A DNA stretch of 64,000 nucleotides from positions 3,979-67,978 of the forward strand of contig JADLEG010000174.1 of NCBI GenBank assembly GCA_020846275.1, written 5' to 3'. The stretch is from Alphaproteobacteria bacterium. GTDB lineage: Bacteria; Pseudomonadota; Alphaproteobacteria; JAEULC01. The notes beneath the pieces were generated by a model that saw only the letters and a list, made by a program, of their open reading frames with translations, was not told the origin of the DNA and did no database searches. Positions 38,951-49,003 of this stretch are shown here, one piece after another. The stretch's first letter is position 1, and the number at the start of each line of letters is the position of its first letter. Both the position numbers and the translations under genes were made by a program.

Positions 38951-39233
38951 CTACCATGGTTTTCGGCAGAACAGAAGCGACTTGGTTTGCGCGGGCACCG
39001 AAAGTGAAAGAGCAATCATAGGGTGCCATCGCGCGTGGGTGCGGTGTAAGGTCCGTGGGTGGCATCACGGCACGGCCTGCGCGCATTGCGTCGCCCGGCG
39101 TCGCGACGTTAACGCAAAGCAGCCACACCGATGCACAGTTCTGAAGCTTGTGCCCATAAACGACGCCGCTGGATCGCAGTGAAATACGTTGGTCGGAGCG
39201 GCGGCGCGAAACGATACCGATCGGGAGGTTCGA

Positions 39234-40367
39234 GTGGCCCGTAGAAAGGCGAAGTCGGGACCGAAAGGCGGCAAGTCCGCTTCGCGCGATCCAGGCAACC
39301 CGCGCGCGTCCGCGCGCGCGACGATCGTCGATATCGCCCATAAGCTGAAACTGTCCGCGACGACCGTTTCGCGCGCGCTGCGCGACCAGCCGGGCATGAC
39401 GGCCGAAACGCGCCGGCAGGTCCGGGCCGAGGCGCGGCGCTTGGGCTATGTCCGCAATGCTGCCGCGGCAGCGCTAACCGCCGGCCGAACCCACTCCATC
39501 GTCTACGTGGTGCCCAACACCTCCGGGCGGTTCCCTAGCCTCTACCATATGGAGGTGCTGGAGGGACTGGTCGACGAGATTTCGCAGCACGGCTACACGC
39601 TGACCGTCGTGTCGGAGCGTCACCTGGAAAACCTCGACCATTCCGTCTTCGACGTATTCAAGCAATTCCGGGCGGACGGCGCCGTGCTGCTGCTGCTCCA
39701 CAGCGGCGAGGTTCCCGTGCCACAAACAAGCTTCCCGCACCCCGTCGTGGTCGTTAACCGCATTGTCGAAGGCATCGACGCCGATTTCGTCGTGGCGGAC
39801 GACGAGGATGGCGCCTATGCCGCCACGCAGCACCTGATCTCGTTGGGTCATCGCTCGATCGCGCACCTGGCCGGGCCGTCCGACAACTTCAACACCACGC
39901 GCCGCCGCCGCGGATACGAGCGAGCGCTGAGCGATGCGGGCATACGCGTGTTGAACAGGCTAGTTGTGCCGGTTGCGTCAATATCCGAGGAGGCGGGCTT
40001 CCAGGCCACGGAAAAACTGATGCAGTCCAGGCAGGATTTCACGGCAGTCTTTTCCGCCGTCGATCTGCTGGCGCTCGGCGCAATGCGATCGTTTCATTCA
40101 CGCGGACTATCCGTTCCTGGCGACGTCTCGCTGATGAGCTTCGACGATGATTCCTTTGCGGGCGTCGTCAAACCGCCGCTCAGCACGGTGCGAAAGCCGC
40201 GATATGAAATGGGGCGAGCGGCAGCACGCCTTCTCATGAACCGTATCGAGGGACGCGAAACCTCTCGCTCGGTCACTTCGACGATGCGCACCAAATTGAT
40301 TGTTCGGTCTTCGGCGGCTTCGCCAAATTTTGCCGGGCGGAAGCACGTGGCCCTATCGGCGAAATGA
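39234..40367 (+). CDS. LacI-family transcriptional regulator
   Basis: HTH ATIVDIAHKLKLSATTVSRAL and a periplasmic-binding-protein-like sugar-binding domain. GTG at 39234 follows a GGGAGG RBS. The track ORF starts at TTG 39189. Confidence 0.8.
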   Translation: MARRKAKSGPKGGKSASRDPGNPRASARATIVDIAHKLKLSATTVSRALRDQPGMTAETRRQVRAEARRLGYVRNAAAAALTAGRTHSIVYVVPNTSGRFPSLYHMEVLEGLVDEISQHGYTLTVVSERHLENLDHSVFDVFKQFRADGAVLLLLHSGEVPVPQTSFPHPVVVVNRIVEGIDADFVVADDEDGAYAATQHLISLGHRSIAHLAGPSDNFNTTRRRRGYERALSDAGIRVLNRLVVPVASISEEAGFQATEKLMQSRQDFTAVFSAVDLLALGAMRSFHSRGLSVPGDVSLMSFDDDSFAGVVKPPLSTVRKPRYEMGRAAARLLMNRIEGRETSRSVTSTMRTKLIVRSSAASPNFAGRKHVALSAK

Positions 40368-40457
40368 TCTGGTTGATGACGGGCTCACTGGTCGGGCGCT
40401 AAGTTCCTTTCAATCGCGTCGAGCCTTCGTTGAACGCAGGATTGGCAGCCTGCAGCG

Positions 40458-42200
40458 TTAACCGCCGTTCTGGCGATCGCGTCGCAGCTGTGCTCGTTGA
40501 ATCTCGGTAGCCCGCTGGTCCAGGGACAGCCGATCGGGATCGCAAACAACGCCATAGATCTCTTGCGCGGCTCTATGTGTGACTTTTTCGTCTATGACGT
40601 CCCTCAGCACGTCCTGCGGATCGCGATCCAGGGGCGAGCCGTAGCCACCACCGCCCGCGGTCTCGAGAATCATGGTGTCCCCTGCGGCGATGGTCAGGTT
40701 TGTCGCCTTTGATGGTAGGACTTCGAGGCGACCGTCGCGGCGCTTCAGCGCATGCCGCGCCGGCAGTCCATCCTTTCCGGCCAATGCACCGGCCGCGCCA
40801 AATTTGGTTGCATCGGACCGATTGGTGAAATAACCGGACCCCTGCAGATATTTGATGTGCTTGCGCAAGCCCAACCCGCCGCGGTGCTTGCCTGCCCCGC
40901 CGCTGTCGGGAATGAACTCGTAGGTCTCCACCAGCAGCGGATAGGCCATCTCGATGGCTTCCACTGGATTGTCGTAGGAGTTGGCCATGAGGCCGAAGGT
41001 GGCGTCGAGCCCGTCGCAACGAGATGTGCCGCCCCAACCGCCGCCGTGATACTCGAACAGCACGAAGGTAGATCCATTGCCCGGTCTTCGGCCAGACGTC
41101 GAAAACGATGTGAGATGTCCATGCCCGTTCGCGACCGCATCGTCGCCGCGGGCGCCGTTGAATGCCTGCACGATGGTCGTCGCGATCCGTTCGAGCGTGT
41201 GGAAGCGCCCGCTCAACGGCGCAGGCTTGATCGGGCTCACGACAGAGCCTTCCGGCAGCACGATCTTGACAGGCCTGTAGCAGCCTTCGTTCTGAAGAAT
41301 CGCCGGATCGACCATGTAGCGCACGGCGCAATAGCAGGCCGCTTGGACGGAGGACAGCGAACAGTTGAACGGACCTTTGAGCTGCGGACTTGTGCCGGCG
41401 AAGTCGATCACGACGGATCCGTCTTCAAGCGTCACGGCGACTTCGATTCGGACCATATCCTCGCTGAGTCCGTCGCCGTCCATGAAGCCGACCGCCTTAT
41501 AGGTGCCGTTCGGATACTGGGCGAGGTCGCGCCGCATCATGGATTCGGAGTGGTCAAGCAAGTTGGCGACGATGTGGCTCAGACGGTCGGCGCCATACTT
41601 CTCGCATAGCTCGATGTATCGACGCTCGCCCACTGCTGTTGCCGCAATCTCGGCGCGGATATCGCCGAGCGTTTCCTCAGGGACACGGATATTCGCTTCG
41701 ATCATCTGCAGAACCTCTTCCACGAGCTCGCCTTCGCGGTAGAGTTTCATCGGAGGGATGATTAACCCCTCCTCGAACACGTCGCGGGCGTCGGTTGCGA
41801 CGCTGCCGGGCGAACGGCCGCCGACGTCGATCTGATGGCCCAGTGCGCCGGCCAACGCGACCTGCCGATCCTCGAAGAAGATCGCGCGAAAGATCATGAT
41901 GTCGGGGTGGTGCGTGCCGCCGCGATAGGGATGGTTCAGAATAACGACGTCGCCCGGCTTCATTGTGAAGTGTCGTGCCACGAAGCGGGCGGCAAAGGAC
42001 AAGGTTCCCTGATGCGACGGCACGTGGTCGGCCTGGGCGATGAGCTGGCCGTTCGGGTCGAACAAGGCGGTGGTGCAGTCCATCTGCTCGCGCAGCACGA
42101 CGGAATATGCCGTCCGCATCAGCGTCGCGCCCATCTCGCGGACGGTCGACACCAGATAGTTGCCGACAACCTCGAGCGTGACGGGATCAAATGCGGTCAT
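40458..42200 (-). CDS. hydantoinase B / 5-oxoprolinase family protein (HyuB)
   Basis: 580 aa with Hydantoinase_B motifs. Confidence 0.8.
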   Translation of the reverse strand: MTAFDPVTLEVVGNYLVSTVREMGATLMRTAYSVVLREQMDCTTALFDPNGQLIAQADHVPSHQGTLSFAARFVARHFTMKPGDVVILNHPYRGGTHHPDIMIFRAIFFEDRQVALAGALGHQIDVGGRSPGSVATDARDVFEEGLIIPPMKLYREGELVEEVLQMIEANIRVPEETLGDIRAEIAATAVGERRYIELCEKYGADRLSHIVANLLDHSESMMRRDLAQYPNGTYKAVGFMDGDGLSEDMVRIEVAVTLEDGSVVIDFAGTSPQLKGPFNCSLSSVQAACYCAVRYMVDPAILQNEGCYRPVKIVLPEGSVVSPIKPAPLSGRFHTLERIATTIVQAFNGARGDDAVANGHGHLTSFSTSGRRPGNGSTFVLFEYHGGGWGGTSRCDGLDATFGLMANSYDNPVEAIEMAYPLLVETYEFIPDSGGAGKHRGGLGLRKHIKYLQGSGYFTNRSDATKFGAAGALAGKDGLPARHALKRRDGRLEVLPSKATNLTIAAGDTMILETAGGGGYGSPLDRDPQDVLRDVIDEKVTHRAAQEIYGVVCDPDRLSLDQRATEIQRAQLRRDRQNGG

Positions 42201-42209
42201 GGTTCATCC

Positions 42210-44285
42210 TTACCCCAACCATTGCCGTGCTTTTTCACGCGGCGCCAAGGTGATAGAAGCGTTGCCGACATGGTCGACGCCGAGGCTGTGACCGATGCGG
42301 AGCACGTACGAGGACCCTCGGTCCTCGACGATGGCGGGTCCCTCGACGGTGTCGCGGGGAGCGAGATTGGATCGTTCGAAAACGGGACACTCGATCCAGC
42401 CGGTCTTGCCGTCGAGCAGAACTCTGCGTCGCCCTCGCGGCTTCGGCGCGCTGGCCGCACGCGGCAGCAGGGGCGCCAGCACGGCCTTCTCGACGATGCT
42501 GACGGCGCCGACGCGATAACTCACGATCTCCACCGGCTCTCGCTCCGAGCATTGCCCATAAAGCCGCTTGTGCTCGGCATGGAATGCGCGAGTCAGCGCC
42601 GAGGGCTCGAACGCGTCGGCGCCAGTGTCCCGCAGCAAGAGGTTGATCTCGTAGGCCTGACCAACATACCGCATGTCGCACGTCAGGATGAATTCGAGCC
42701 GCTCGAGCGGCTGGCCGTCCGCCGCGAGCTGGGAGGCTCCCTGGTCCTTCAGCCCACGAAAGGTCTCGGCGATCTCCTGTGCCTTCATCTGGTCGAGCCG
42801 CGCGATGCGCGTGACAACGACGTCCTGGCGGACGTCCGTCATCAACATGCCCAGCGCTGACAGAACACTGGGATGCCGCGGCAGAAGGATGGTGCCCATG
42901 CCGATCTCTTCTGCGACAAGGCCGGCATAGATGCCGCCCGCGCCGCCGAACGGCAGAAGTGCGAATTCGCGCGGATCCTTGCCCACCTGGACCGATACCT
43001 TGCGGATGCCAGCGACGATCGTTGCAACCTGGACGTCGATGATCGCCAGTGATGCTGCGTCGGCGTCAAGACCGAGCGGTGCACCCACCTTCTCTTGAAC
43101 GGCGACGCGCGCTGCATCGCGGTCCAGCTTGATCTCGCCGCCGACAAAATAGTCCGGGTCGATATAGCCGAGCAGCACGGCCGCGTCCGTGGCCGTCGGC
43201 TCGGCGCCGCCTTGGGCGTAGCAGGCGGGGCCAGGATTGGCGCCGGCGCTTTGCGGTCCAACCTTGAGCATGCCGAGCACCGGACGCGCGATGCTGCCTC
43301 CGCCGGCGCCGATCGTGTGGACGCCGACTTGCGGCACCTTGACCGGATAGCCCGCGATCTCGCCATCGGCGTGCAGGCGCACCTCGCCGTTTTCGACTAA
43401 CGCGATATCGGTGCTGGTGCCGCCGACGTCGAAGCCAAGGATGCTCTTGACCCCGGAGTATCCCGCGACGGCGGCCGCCCCGACCACGCCGCCGGCTGGG
43501 CCGGACAATAGGGTGCGGACAGCGTTTGAACGCGCACGGTCAAGCGACATGAGCCCGCCGTTCGACTGGACGATGCCGAAGGCGCCCCTGAAGCCTTCCG
43601 CATGCAGCACATCGCCGAGGCGCTTCGCGAGAAGTTCAATCTTGGGCGCGGTATAGGCGTTCATGACCGTGGTCGCGGTGCGCTCGTATTCGCGGAACTC
43701 CGGCGCAAGTTCGGACGACAACGTGACGTGAAGCTGCGGCAGGGCCGCCCTGATCGCGTCGCCGAGCGCGCGTTCGTGCTCGGCCTTCAAGAAAGAGAAC
43801 AGCAGGCAAATCGCGACCGACTCAACCGGGAGCTTGCCCACCGCCGCGACGCAGCGCGCGATCTCTTCTTCCGTCAAGGGAACTAAAGCCTCGCCCGAGG
43901 CAAGCAGCCGCTCGTTTACTTCCAGGCGATGCCGCCGCGTGGCTAGGGGCGCCGGCTTCTCCAGGTACAGGTCGAACAGGCGGCGACGCCATTGCCGCTG
44001 AATTTCGAGCACGTCGCGCATGCCCCTGGTGGTCAGCAGCGCCACGCTGGCACCTTTCCGCTCGAGCACGGCGTTTGTCGCGACGGTGGTTCCAAAAATC
44101 AGCCGCGCTATGGCGGATGGCAATACGTTGAACTCAGCGCGCAGCCGATGAAGTCCGGCCTGGACTGCGGCGGCCGGATCGCTCGGGATGGAGCGCACCT
44201 TGAAGGTGGTGAGATCGTGCGTGCTTGTGTCGAATAGAACGAAATCGGTGAACGTGCCGCCCGTGTCCACACCGAGATAGAACAT
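42210..44285 (-). CDS. hydantoinase A / 5-oxoprolinase family protein (HyuA)
   Basis: MFYLGVDTGGTFTDFVLF at the N-terminus; 691 aa. Confidence 0.8.
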   Translation of the reverse strand: MFYLGVDTGGTFTDFVLFDTSTHDLTTFKVRSIPSDPAAAVQAGLHRLRAEFNVLPSAIARLIFGTTVATNAVLERKGASVALLTTRGMRDVLEIQRQWRRRLFDLYLEKPAPLATRRHRLEVNERLLASGEALVPLTEEEIARCVAAVGKLPVESVAICLLFSFLKAEHERALGDAIRAALPQLHVTLSSELAPEFREYERTATTVMNAYTAPKIELLAKRLGDVLHAEGFRGAFGIVQSNGGLMSLDRARSNAVRTLLSGPAGGVVGAAAVAGYSGVKSILGFDVGGTSTDIALVENGEVRLHADGEIAGYPVKVPQVGVHTIGAGGGSIARPVLGMLKVGPQSAGANPGPACYAQGGAEPTATDAAVLLGYIDPDYFVGGEIKLDRDAARVAVQEKVGAPLGLDADAASLAIIDVQVATIVAGIRKVSVQVGKDPREFALLPFGGAGGIYAGLVAEEIGMGTILLPRHPSVLSALGMLMTDVRQDVVVTRIARLDQMKAQEIAETFRGLKDQGASQLAADGQPLERLEFILTCDMRYVGQAYEINLLLRDTGADAFEPSALTRAFHAEHKRLYGQCSEREPVEIVSYRVGAVSIVEKAVLAPLLPRAASAPKPRGRRRVLLDGKTGWIECPVFERSNLAPRDTVEGPAIVEDRGSSYVLRIGHSLGVDHVGNASITLAPREKARQWLG

Positions 44286-44446
44286 CGCGCCCTCTGACCG
44301 CCCATGAACCGGAGCGATCTTGGGACAAATGCATCCCCACGGGCAAGGCCAGCATCATGCCTTGTCGTCGTCGTCGGGCTTGCCGCTTCGCAGCGCACTC
44401 CAGTAGTTGATCATGACCGGGGGCCGGGAGCGCGCCACGCACCAGA

Positions 44447-45181
44447 TCATAGCGCTTCGGATATCCGTGTTGCCGCGTTGACTATTTCCGGTGCAAAGCG
44501 CGTTAGCTTCGGCGCGTCCATGCGCTCGATCGGACCAGTCACTGCGATTGATCCTGCAACGGTGCCGTCTCGGGCAAGGATCGCCGCCGCGATACTGCTC
44601 ACGCCTGGCCGGTAGCCGCTCTCGGATACGGCGAATCCGTCTTTGCGAATCGTTGCGAACTCTTCGAGCAAGCGGGACATGTCGATATCCTCGATGCGAA
44701 ACCGATCGCGTGCCGCGACGACAGCTCGTTTGATTGCCTCTGCCGGCAAATATGTGAGTATTGCCTTGCCTGATGCGGTCCTGATCGCCGGCACGCGACT
44801 GCCGATCCGGGCGGAAATCCGCACCGGCGAAGCGCTTTCCATTTTGTTCAGGTAGAGCACATCGTCGCTATCCGGCACGCATAGAAAGACAGATTCGTTC
44901 AGCTTTTCGAACAGGGCGCGCAGATATGGCTGGGCGGCACGGCGGACGTGGTTGCGATGAAGGACACGTATGCCGAACTCCCACATCCGACAGGTCGCCG
45001 CATAGCGGGCAGTGCGAGGGTCCCTGCTGACATAGCCAAGGGCGTGCAGCGTACCGACGATTCGCTGCACGTTGCTTTTGTTCATCGCGATTTCGCGCGC
45101 AATCTCGGAGATTCCGCGAGGTTGATCGCTTGCGGCCAGAACCTCCAGGACGCGCAGACCCTTGGCAATCGTGGTGTCCAT
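44447..45181 (-). CDS. IclR-family transcriptional regulator
   Basis: N-terminal wHTH (GISEIAREIAMNKSNVQRIVGTL) and an IclR effector domain. It lies upstream of and co-directional with hyuA-hyuB. Confidence 0.8.
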   Translation of the reverse strand: MDTTIAKGLRVLEVLAASDQPRGISEIAREIAMNKSNVQRIVGTLHALGYVSRDPRTARYAATCRMWEFGIRVLHRNHVRRAAQPYLRALFEKLNESVFLCVPDSDDVLYLNKMESASPVRISARIGSRVPAIRTASGKAILTYLPAEAIKRAVVAARDRFRIEDIDMSRLLEEFATIRKDGFAVSESGYRPGVSSIAAAILARDGTVAGSIAVTGPIERMDAPKLTRFAPEIVNAATRISEAL

Positions 45182-45222
45182 TTGGAGCCGCAGTCAAATT
45201 CACAAGAACGGAACGATAATCC

Positions 45223-45238
45223 ATACGATGGATCGTAT
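45223..45238. promoter_or_regulatory. Inverted repeat ATACGAT-GG-ATCGTAT in an AT-rich divergent promoter between iclR and the ABC binding-protein gene
   Basis: Read directly from the sequence. A related ATACGATG element recurs at about 48926, in the dienelactone hydrolase promoter. Confidence 0.25.
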
Positions 45239-45342
45239 CCATATTTGATATGATTGATCGATAATTGACACAAAATATCGAATGTCTTAGGCTAAGCCAA
45301 ATTGAACATTGGCCGTCAAAAATCAGCCGGGAGGGTCTCGAC

Positions 45343-46347
45343 ATGTCGAAAACGTCTGTTGGGAATGCCATTGGGCGGTTCCTGCTCGCCCTCGCCTTTC
45401 TTATGGGCGGTGTCGAATTCGCCGACGCGCAGCAGAAGGAAAAGCTTTCCATCGAGCTAGACTGGTCGCCGACCGGCATGCACGCGGGATTGCATCTTGC
45501 ACAGCAGAAGGGCTGGTATGAGGCGGCCGGGCTGACGGTTCAGATCGCCGACGGCAAGGGGTCCACCGGGACCATTCAGCATATCGCGGCAGGCCAGTAT
45601 GACGTCGGCTTTGCCGGTCTTGGCGCAATGGCTGCCGGTGTGTCGAATGGCATGCCCTTGACCTCGGTCGCCTGCTTTCAGCGCGCCAGTGACTACGGAT
45701 TGATGGTGCCGGCCAACTCCCCCTGGCAAAAACTGCAGGATCTCAAAGGCAAGAAGATCGCGATGATGTCGGTCGCCGGCGTGGCGAGCTTCTTTGATCC
45801 ATACGCGAAGGCATCCGGCATGTCGCGCAACGACTTTCAGATCATCAGCGTTGATCCGTCAGTCCTCATGAGTACCTACAATACGGGTGGCTCCGACGCG
45901 GCGGTTTCGACAGTGGCTTTCTTCCTGCCGATCGTAGAGAACGTGCGCCCGTCCAAGGGCATCCTGATGTCCGATGCCGGCTTGAACGTTCCCGGCTTCG
46001 GATTCGTTGTCCGCAAGCAGGACGTCGATGCGAAGGCCTCCGCCCTAAGGAAGTTGATCGAGGTCAACCAGAAGGCCTGGGCATATATCCTTGCGAGTCA
46101 CGAGGATGAGGGCGTCGACGCAATCATGAAGGAACGCACCGACCTGCGGCTGGACCGCAATATCATGATGGGACAGCTGAAGGCGTATATGCGATTCTTC
46201 GACACTCCGGCTACGAGGGGCAAACCGATCGGCTGGCAGGCAGAGTCGGACTGGGTCGAGGCCATCGCCGCGATGGAAGGCGTCGGCATGGTCAAACCGG
46301 GACTCAAACCCGCCGACGTGTACACAAACAAGCTGATCGCCAACTGA
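45343..46347 (+). CDS. ABC transporter substrate-binding protein, NMT1/THI5-like (NitT/TauT family, aliphatic-sulfonate SsuA-like)
   Basis: Signal peptide MSKTSVGNAIGRFLLALAFLMGGVEFADA. RBS GGGAGGG. ATPase and permease genes follow. Confidence 0.75.
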   Translation: MSKTSVGNAIGRFLLALAFLMGGVEFADAQQKEKLSIELDWSPTGMHAGLHLAQQKGWYEAAGLTVQIADGKGSTGTIQHIAAGQYDVGFAGLGAMAAGVSNGMPLTSVACFQRASDYGLMVPANSPWQKLQDLKGKKIAMMSVAGVASFFDPYAKASGMSRNDFQIISVDPSVLMSTYNTGGSDAAVSTVAFFLPIVENVRPSKGILMSDAGLNVPGFGFVVRKQDVDAKASALRKLIEVNQKAWAYILASHEDEGVDAIMKERTDLRLDRNIMMGQLKAYMRFFDTPATRGKPIGWQAESDWVEAIAAMEGVGMVKPGLKPADVYTNKLIAN

Positions 46348-46375
46348 AATGAAAGTGCGAGTGCGGTAACCGCCT

Positions 46376-47200
46376 ATGACGTCCGGGCGCGAAGCGTATG
46401 TCTCCGTGCGAGCGGCAACGAAGACATACCATTCGCAGCGGGGCGATATCGTCGCTTTCCGCAACGTCGACCTGACCATCCGCACCTCGGAATTCGTCAG
46501 CGTGCTCGGCCCCAGCGGCTGCGGCAAGACGACATTGCTGCAGTGCCTCGCCGGGCTCGAACACCCAACCGCCGGCGAGATACTGATCGGCGACCAGCGC
46601 GTGAACGGACCTCCAAGCAATCTAGGGGTTGTCTTTCAGCGCGATGTTCTGCTCGAATGGCGGACGGTCCTGCAAAATGTCCTGCTCCCCGTTCAGATAT
46701 CCGGCGCCGAGATCGGCGTGTCGCGCCAGAAGGCGCTGGACCTGCTGGAGCTTCTGGGTCTCAAGGGCTTCGAGGACCGACATCCCTGGGAGCTGTCGGG
46801 GGGTATGCGGCAGCGCGTGTCCATCTGCCGGGCGCTCCTCATGAATCCGCGCCTGCTTCTGATGGACGAGCCGTTCGGCGCGCTTGATGCGATGACGCGG
46901 GACGACTTGAATGTCGAGTTGCAGCGCATTTGGATGGCCGACGAAAAGACCGTCTTCTTCGTCACCCACTCAATCACCGAGGCCCTGTTTCTGGCGGATC
47001 GCGTTGTCGTCATGTCTCCGACTCCCGGGCGGATCATCGAGGTCATCGACGTGGACCTTCCGCGTCCGCGCGACCTGGACATCCGTGAAACACCCGAGTT
47101 TGCGCGGCTGGTCAGGCATGTCCGGCACCTTTTCCAGGAAATGGGCGTATTAAAGAGCAACCGCAGCGACAGGTTGCATGCAGCACGGGCACTGCCTTGA
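46376..47200 (+). CDS. ABC transporter ATP-binding protein (NitT/TauT family)
   Basis: GPSGCGKTT, LSGGMRQRV and LLMDEP motifs. Confidence 0.85.
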   Translation: MTSGREAYVSVRAATKTYHSQRGDIVAFRNVDLTIRTSEFVSVLGPSGCGKTTLLQCLAGLEHPTAGEILIGDQRVNGPPSNLGVVFQRDVLLEWRTVLQNVLLPVQISGAEIGVSRQKALDLLELLGLKGFEDRHPWELSGGMRQRVSICRALLMNPRLLLMDEPFGALDAMTRDDLNVELQRIWMADEKTVFFVTHSITEALFLADRVVVMSPTPGRIIEVIDVDLPRPRDLDIRETPEFARLVRHVRHLFQEMGVLKSNRSDRLHAARALP

Positions 47201-47982
47201 AATCAGTCTCGGCATTCGCGGTTCTGCAGGTCGTCGCCGGGTTCATGCTCCTATGGGAAGCGCTTTGCTGGCTGGCGGACTCGCCAGCCTACTTCCTCCC
47301 TCGTCCATCGATCGTCCTTGTTGAAATATGGTCTGCGCCATCCTGGTATCTTCGGCAGTGCTTCTTCACCTTTGTGACGACATTTCTAGGATTTGGATTG
47401 GCGCTGGTGTTGGGCGTCGTCATGGCGATCGGAATTGCCTATTCCAAGGTCATCGAGCGCACGCTGTACACGTTGCTTGTGTCACTCAACAGCATTCCAA
47501 AGATTGCGCTGGCGCCGCTCTTCGTAATCTGGCTTGGCACCGGCCTCGGGTCGAAGGTCGCGGTGTCCTTCCTGATCGCGGTCTTCTCGATCGTCATTGA
47601 TACCGTTCTTGGATTGCGTTCGGTCGATCCCGACGCGATAAAGCTGTTTAGGACGATGCGGGCCACCAGGCTCCAGGAATTGCTTCGCCTGCGCGCGCCG
47701 AACGCAATGCCCTACATGTTCGCCGGCATGAAAGTCGCGATATCAATGGCGCTTGTCGGCGCGATCGCGGGTGAATTCGTCGCGTCGCAGCAGGGGCTTG
47801 GCTACGTCATCCTCTCGGCGCAGTCGATGATGCAGACGACGCGCGTTTTCGCGGCCATCATCCTGCTTGGACTGATGGGCACACTGCTGTTCTACTTGGT
47901 TGAGTTGGCGGAGCGCCTTTGCTGTCCTTGGCATGTGTCGCAGCGAGGCGAGGGAACAAAGCCTGCATCGGCGCACGGCTAG
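47197..47982 (+). CDS. ABC transporter permease (NitT/TauT family)
   Basis: 6-TM binding-protein-dependent permease. It overlaps the ATPase stop by 4 nt. Confidence 0.8.
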   Translation: MKSVSAFAVLQVVAGFMLLWEALCWLADSPAYFLPRPSIVLVEIWSAPSWYLRQCFFTFVTTFLGFGLALVLGVVMAIGIAYSKVIERTLYTLLVSLNSIPKIALAPLFVIWLGTGLGSKVAVSFLIAVFSIVIDTVLGLRSVDPDAIKLFRTMRATRLQELLRLRAPNAMPYMFAGMKVAISMALVGAIAGEFVASQQGLGYVILSAQSMMQTTRVFAAIILLGLMGTLLFYLVELAERLCCPWHVSQRGEGTKPASAHG

Positions 47983-48109
47983 GTCTATTCGCCGGGGTAT
48001 CAAGGCCAATACCTCGTTCAGCGCGTGCCGGTGTCGGCCAGTGCGTCGATGCCGTTTGCCAGCGGCTCCGCGCGAATCCGGTGCCGGTCTTTGCCCGGAA
48101 ACCGCCTGA

Positions 48110-48856
48110 CTAGGCTCGCAGATTCCTGCGAAAGAGCGAGAAGGTGCGTTCCCAGCTGCGCTCCGCGGCCTCTTTGTTGTAGGCGGGAGGCCGCTGAGTG
48201 AAAACGAAACCATGCTTGGCTTCGCGGCTATATTCGATTTCGTAGCGGATCTTCTTTCGATCCAGGTCGGCACGCAGCATCTCGACCAGCTTCGGCGGCG
48301 TGTACTCATCGAGATCGCCGAGCCCAAAGTAGATCTCACCCGTGGATGAGTTGAGATGATGGTGCGGCGACATAGGTTCGTCCGTCACCATGCCGACACC
48401 GAAGAGCGATGATCCAGCCCTGAATTGGCTTGGCAGCTTGCCCATCACGCCGAGAATCAGCGTCCCGCCCATGCAATAGCCGATGCATCCCTTCGGGCCT
48501 GGGCTCGCGTTGCTGTCGCGCTCGACGTATGACAATAGCGCCTCGGTATCGGCAAGAACGCGTTCGTGCGTCGTCTTTTTGATATAGCCCCAGACCTTCT
48601 CATTGTCGGACGGGATCGACTGCAGCGGTGCGGGATTGAACGAAATATTCTTCCCCCATCGGTAATACAAGTCGGGCAGCATGCAGTAGTAACCGACTGT
48701 CGCGAAACGGCGAGCCATGTCCCGCAATTCTTCGCGAATCCCCCGCGCGTCCATATACAAGATGATAACGGGGTGCGGACTCTCGCGCTCAGGATGGGTA
48801 ATGAACGTAGGCATCCGCCCGTCCGGCGTTTCGACGTCCACCTGGAATTCGATCAT
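48110..48856 (-). CDS. dienelactone hydrolase family protein
   Basis: 248 aa with an alpha/beta-hydrolase fold and GYCMGG nucleophile elbow. Confidence 0.75.
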   Translation of the reverse strand: MIEFQVDVETPDGRMPTFITHPERESPHPVIILYMDARGIREELRDMARRFATVGYYCMLPDLYYRWGKNISFNPAPLQSIPSDNEKVWGYIKKTTHERVLADTEALLSYVERDSNASPGPKGCIGYCMGGTLILGVMGKLPSQFRAGSSLFGVGMVTDEPMSPHHHLNSSTGEIYFGLGDLDEYTPPKLVEMLRADLDRKKIRYEIEYSREAKHGFVFTQRPPAYNKEAAERSWERTFSLFRRNLRA

Positions 48857-49003
48857 CGATCCCTCGCTTGCATTCCAGTCATGACGGCGCTTTGATCTAA
48901 TGGATCAATATTCGAAATAATGTATCTTTTTCCGATACGATGATCAAGCCCGTCGAACCTGAAACGTAAGGAAGAGCCGTAAATCGCGATTTGCCCGCGA
49001 TAC

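Noticed and set aside
39103-39124. GACGTTAACGCAAAG element upstream of the LacI gene as an autoregulatory operator
   Set aside because: It shares only the TTTGCGT and TAACG pieces, in permuted order, with the stronger sites. I mention it inside the motif finding but do not call it as a separate feature because chance occurrence cannot be excluded.
40452-40469. GCAGCGTTAACCGCCGTT near the 3' end of hyuB as another operator copy
   Set aside because: It contains only a GTTAAC core, which is a common hexamer, and lies inside or at the end of a coding region.
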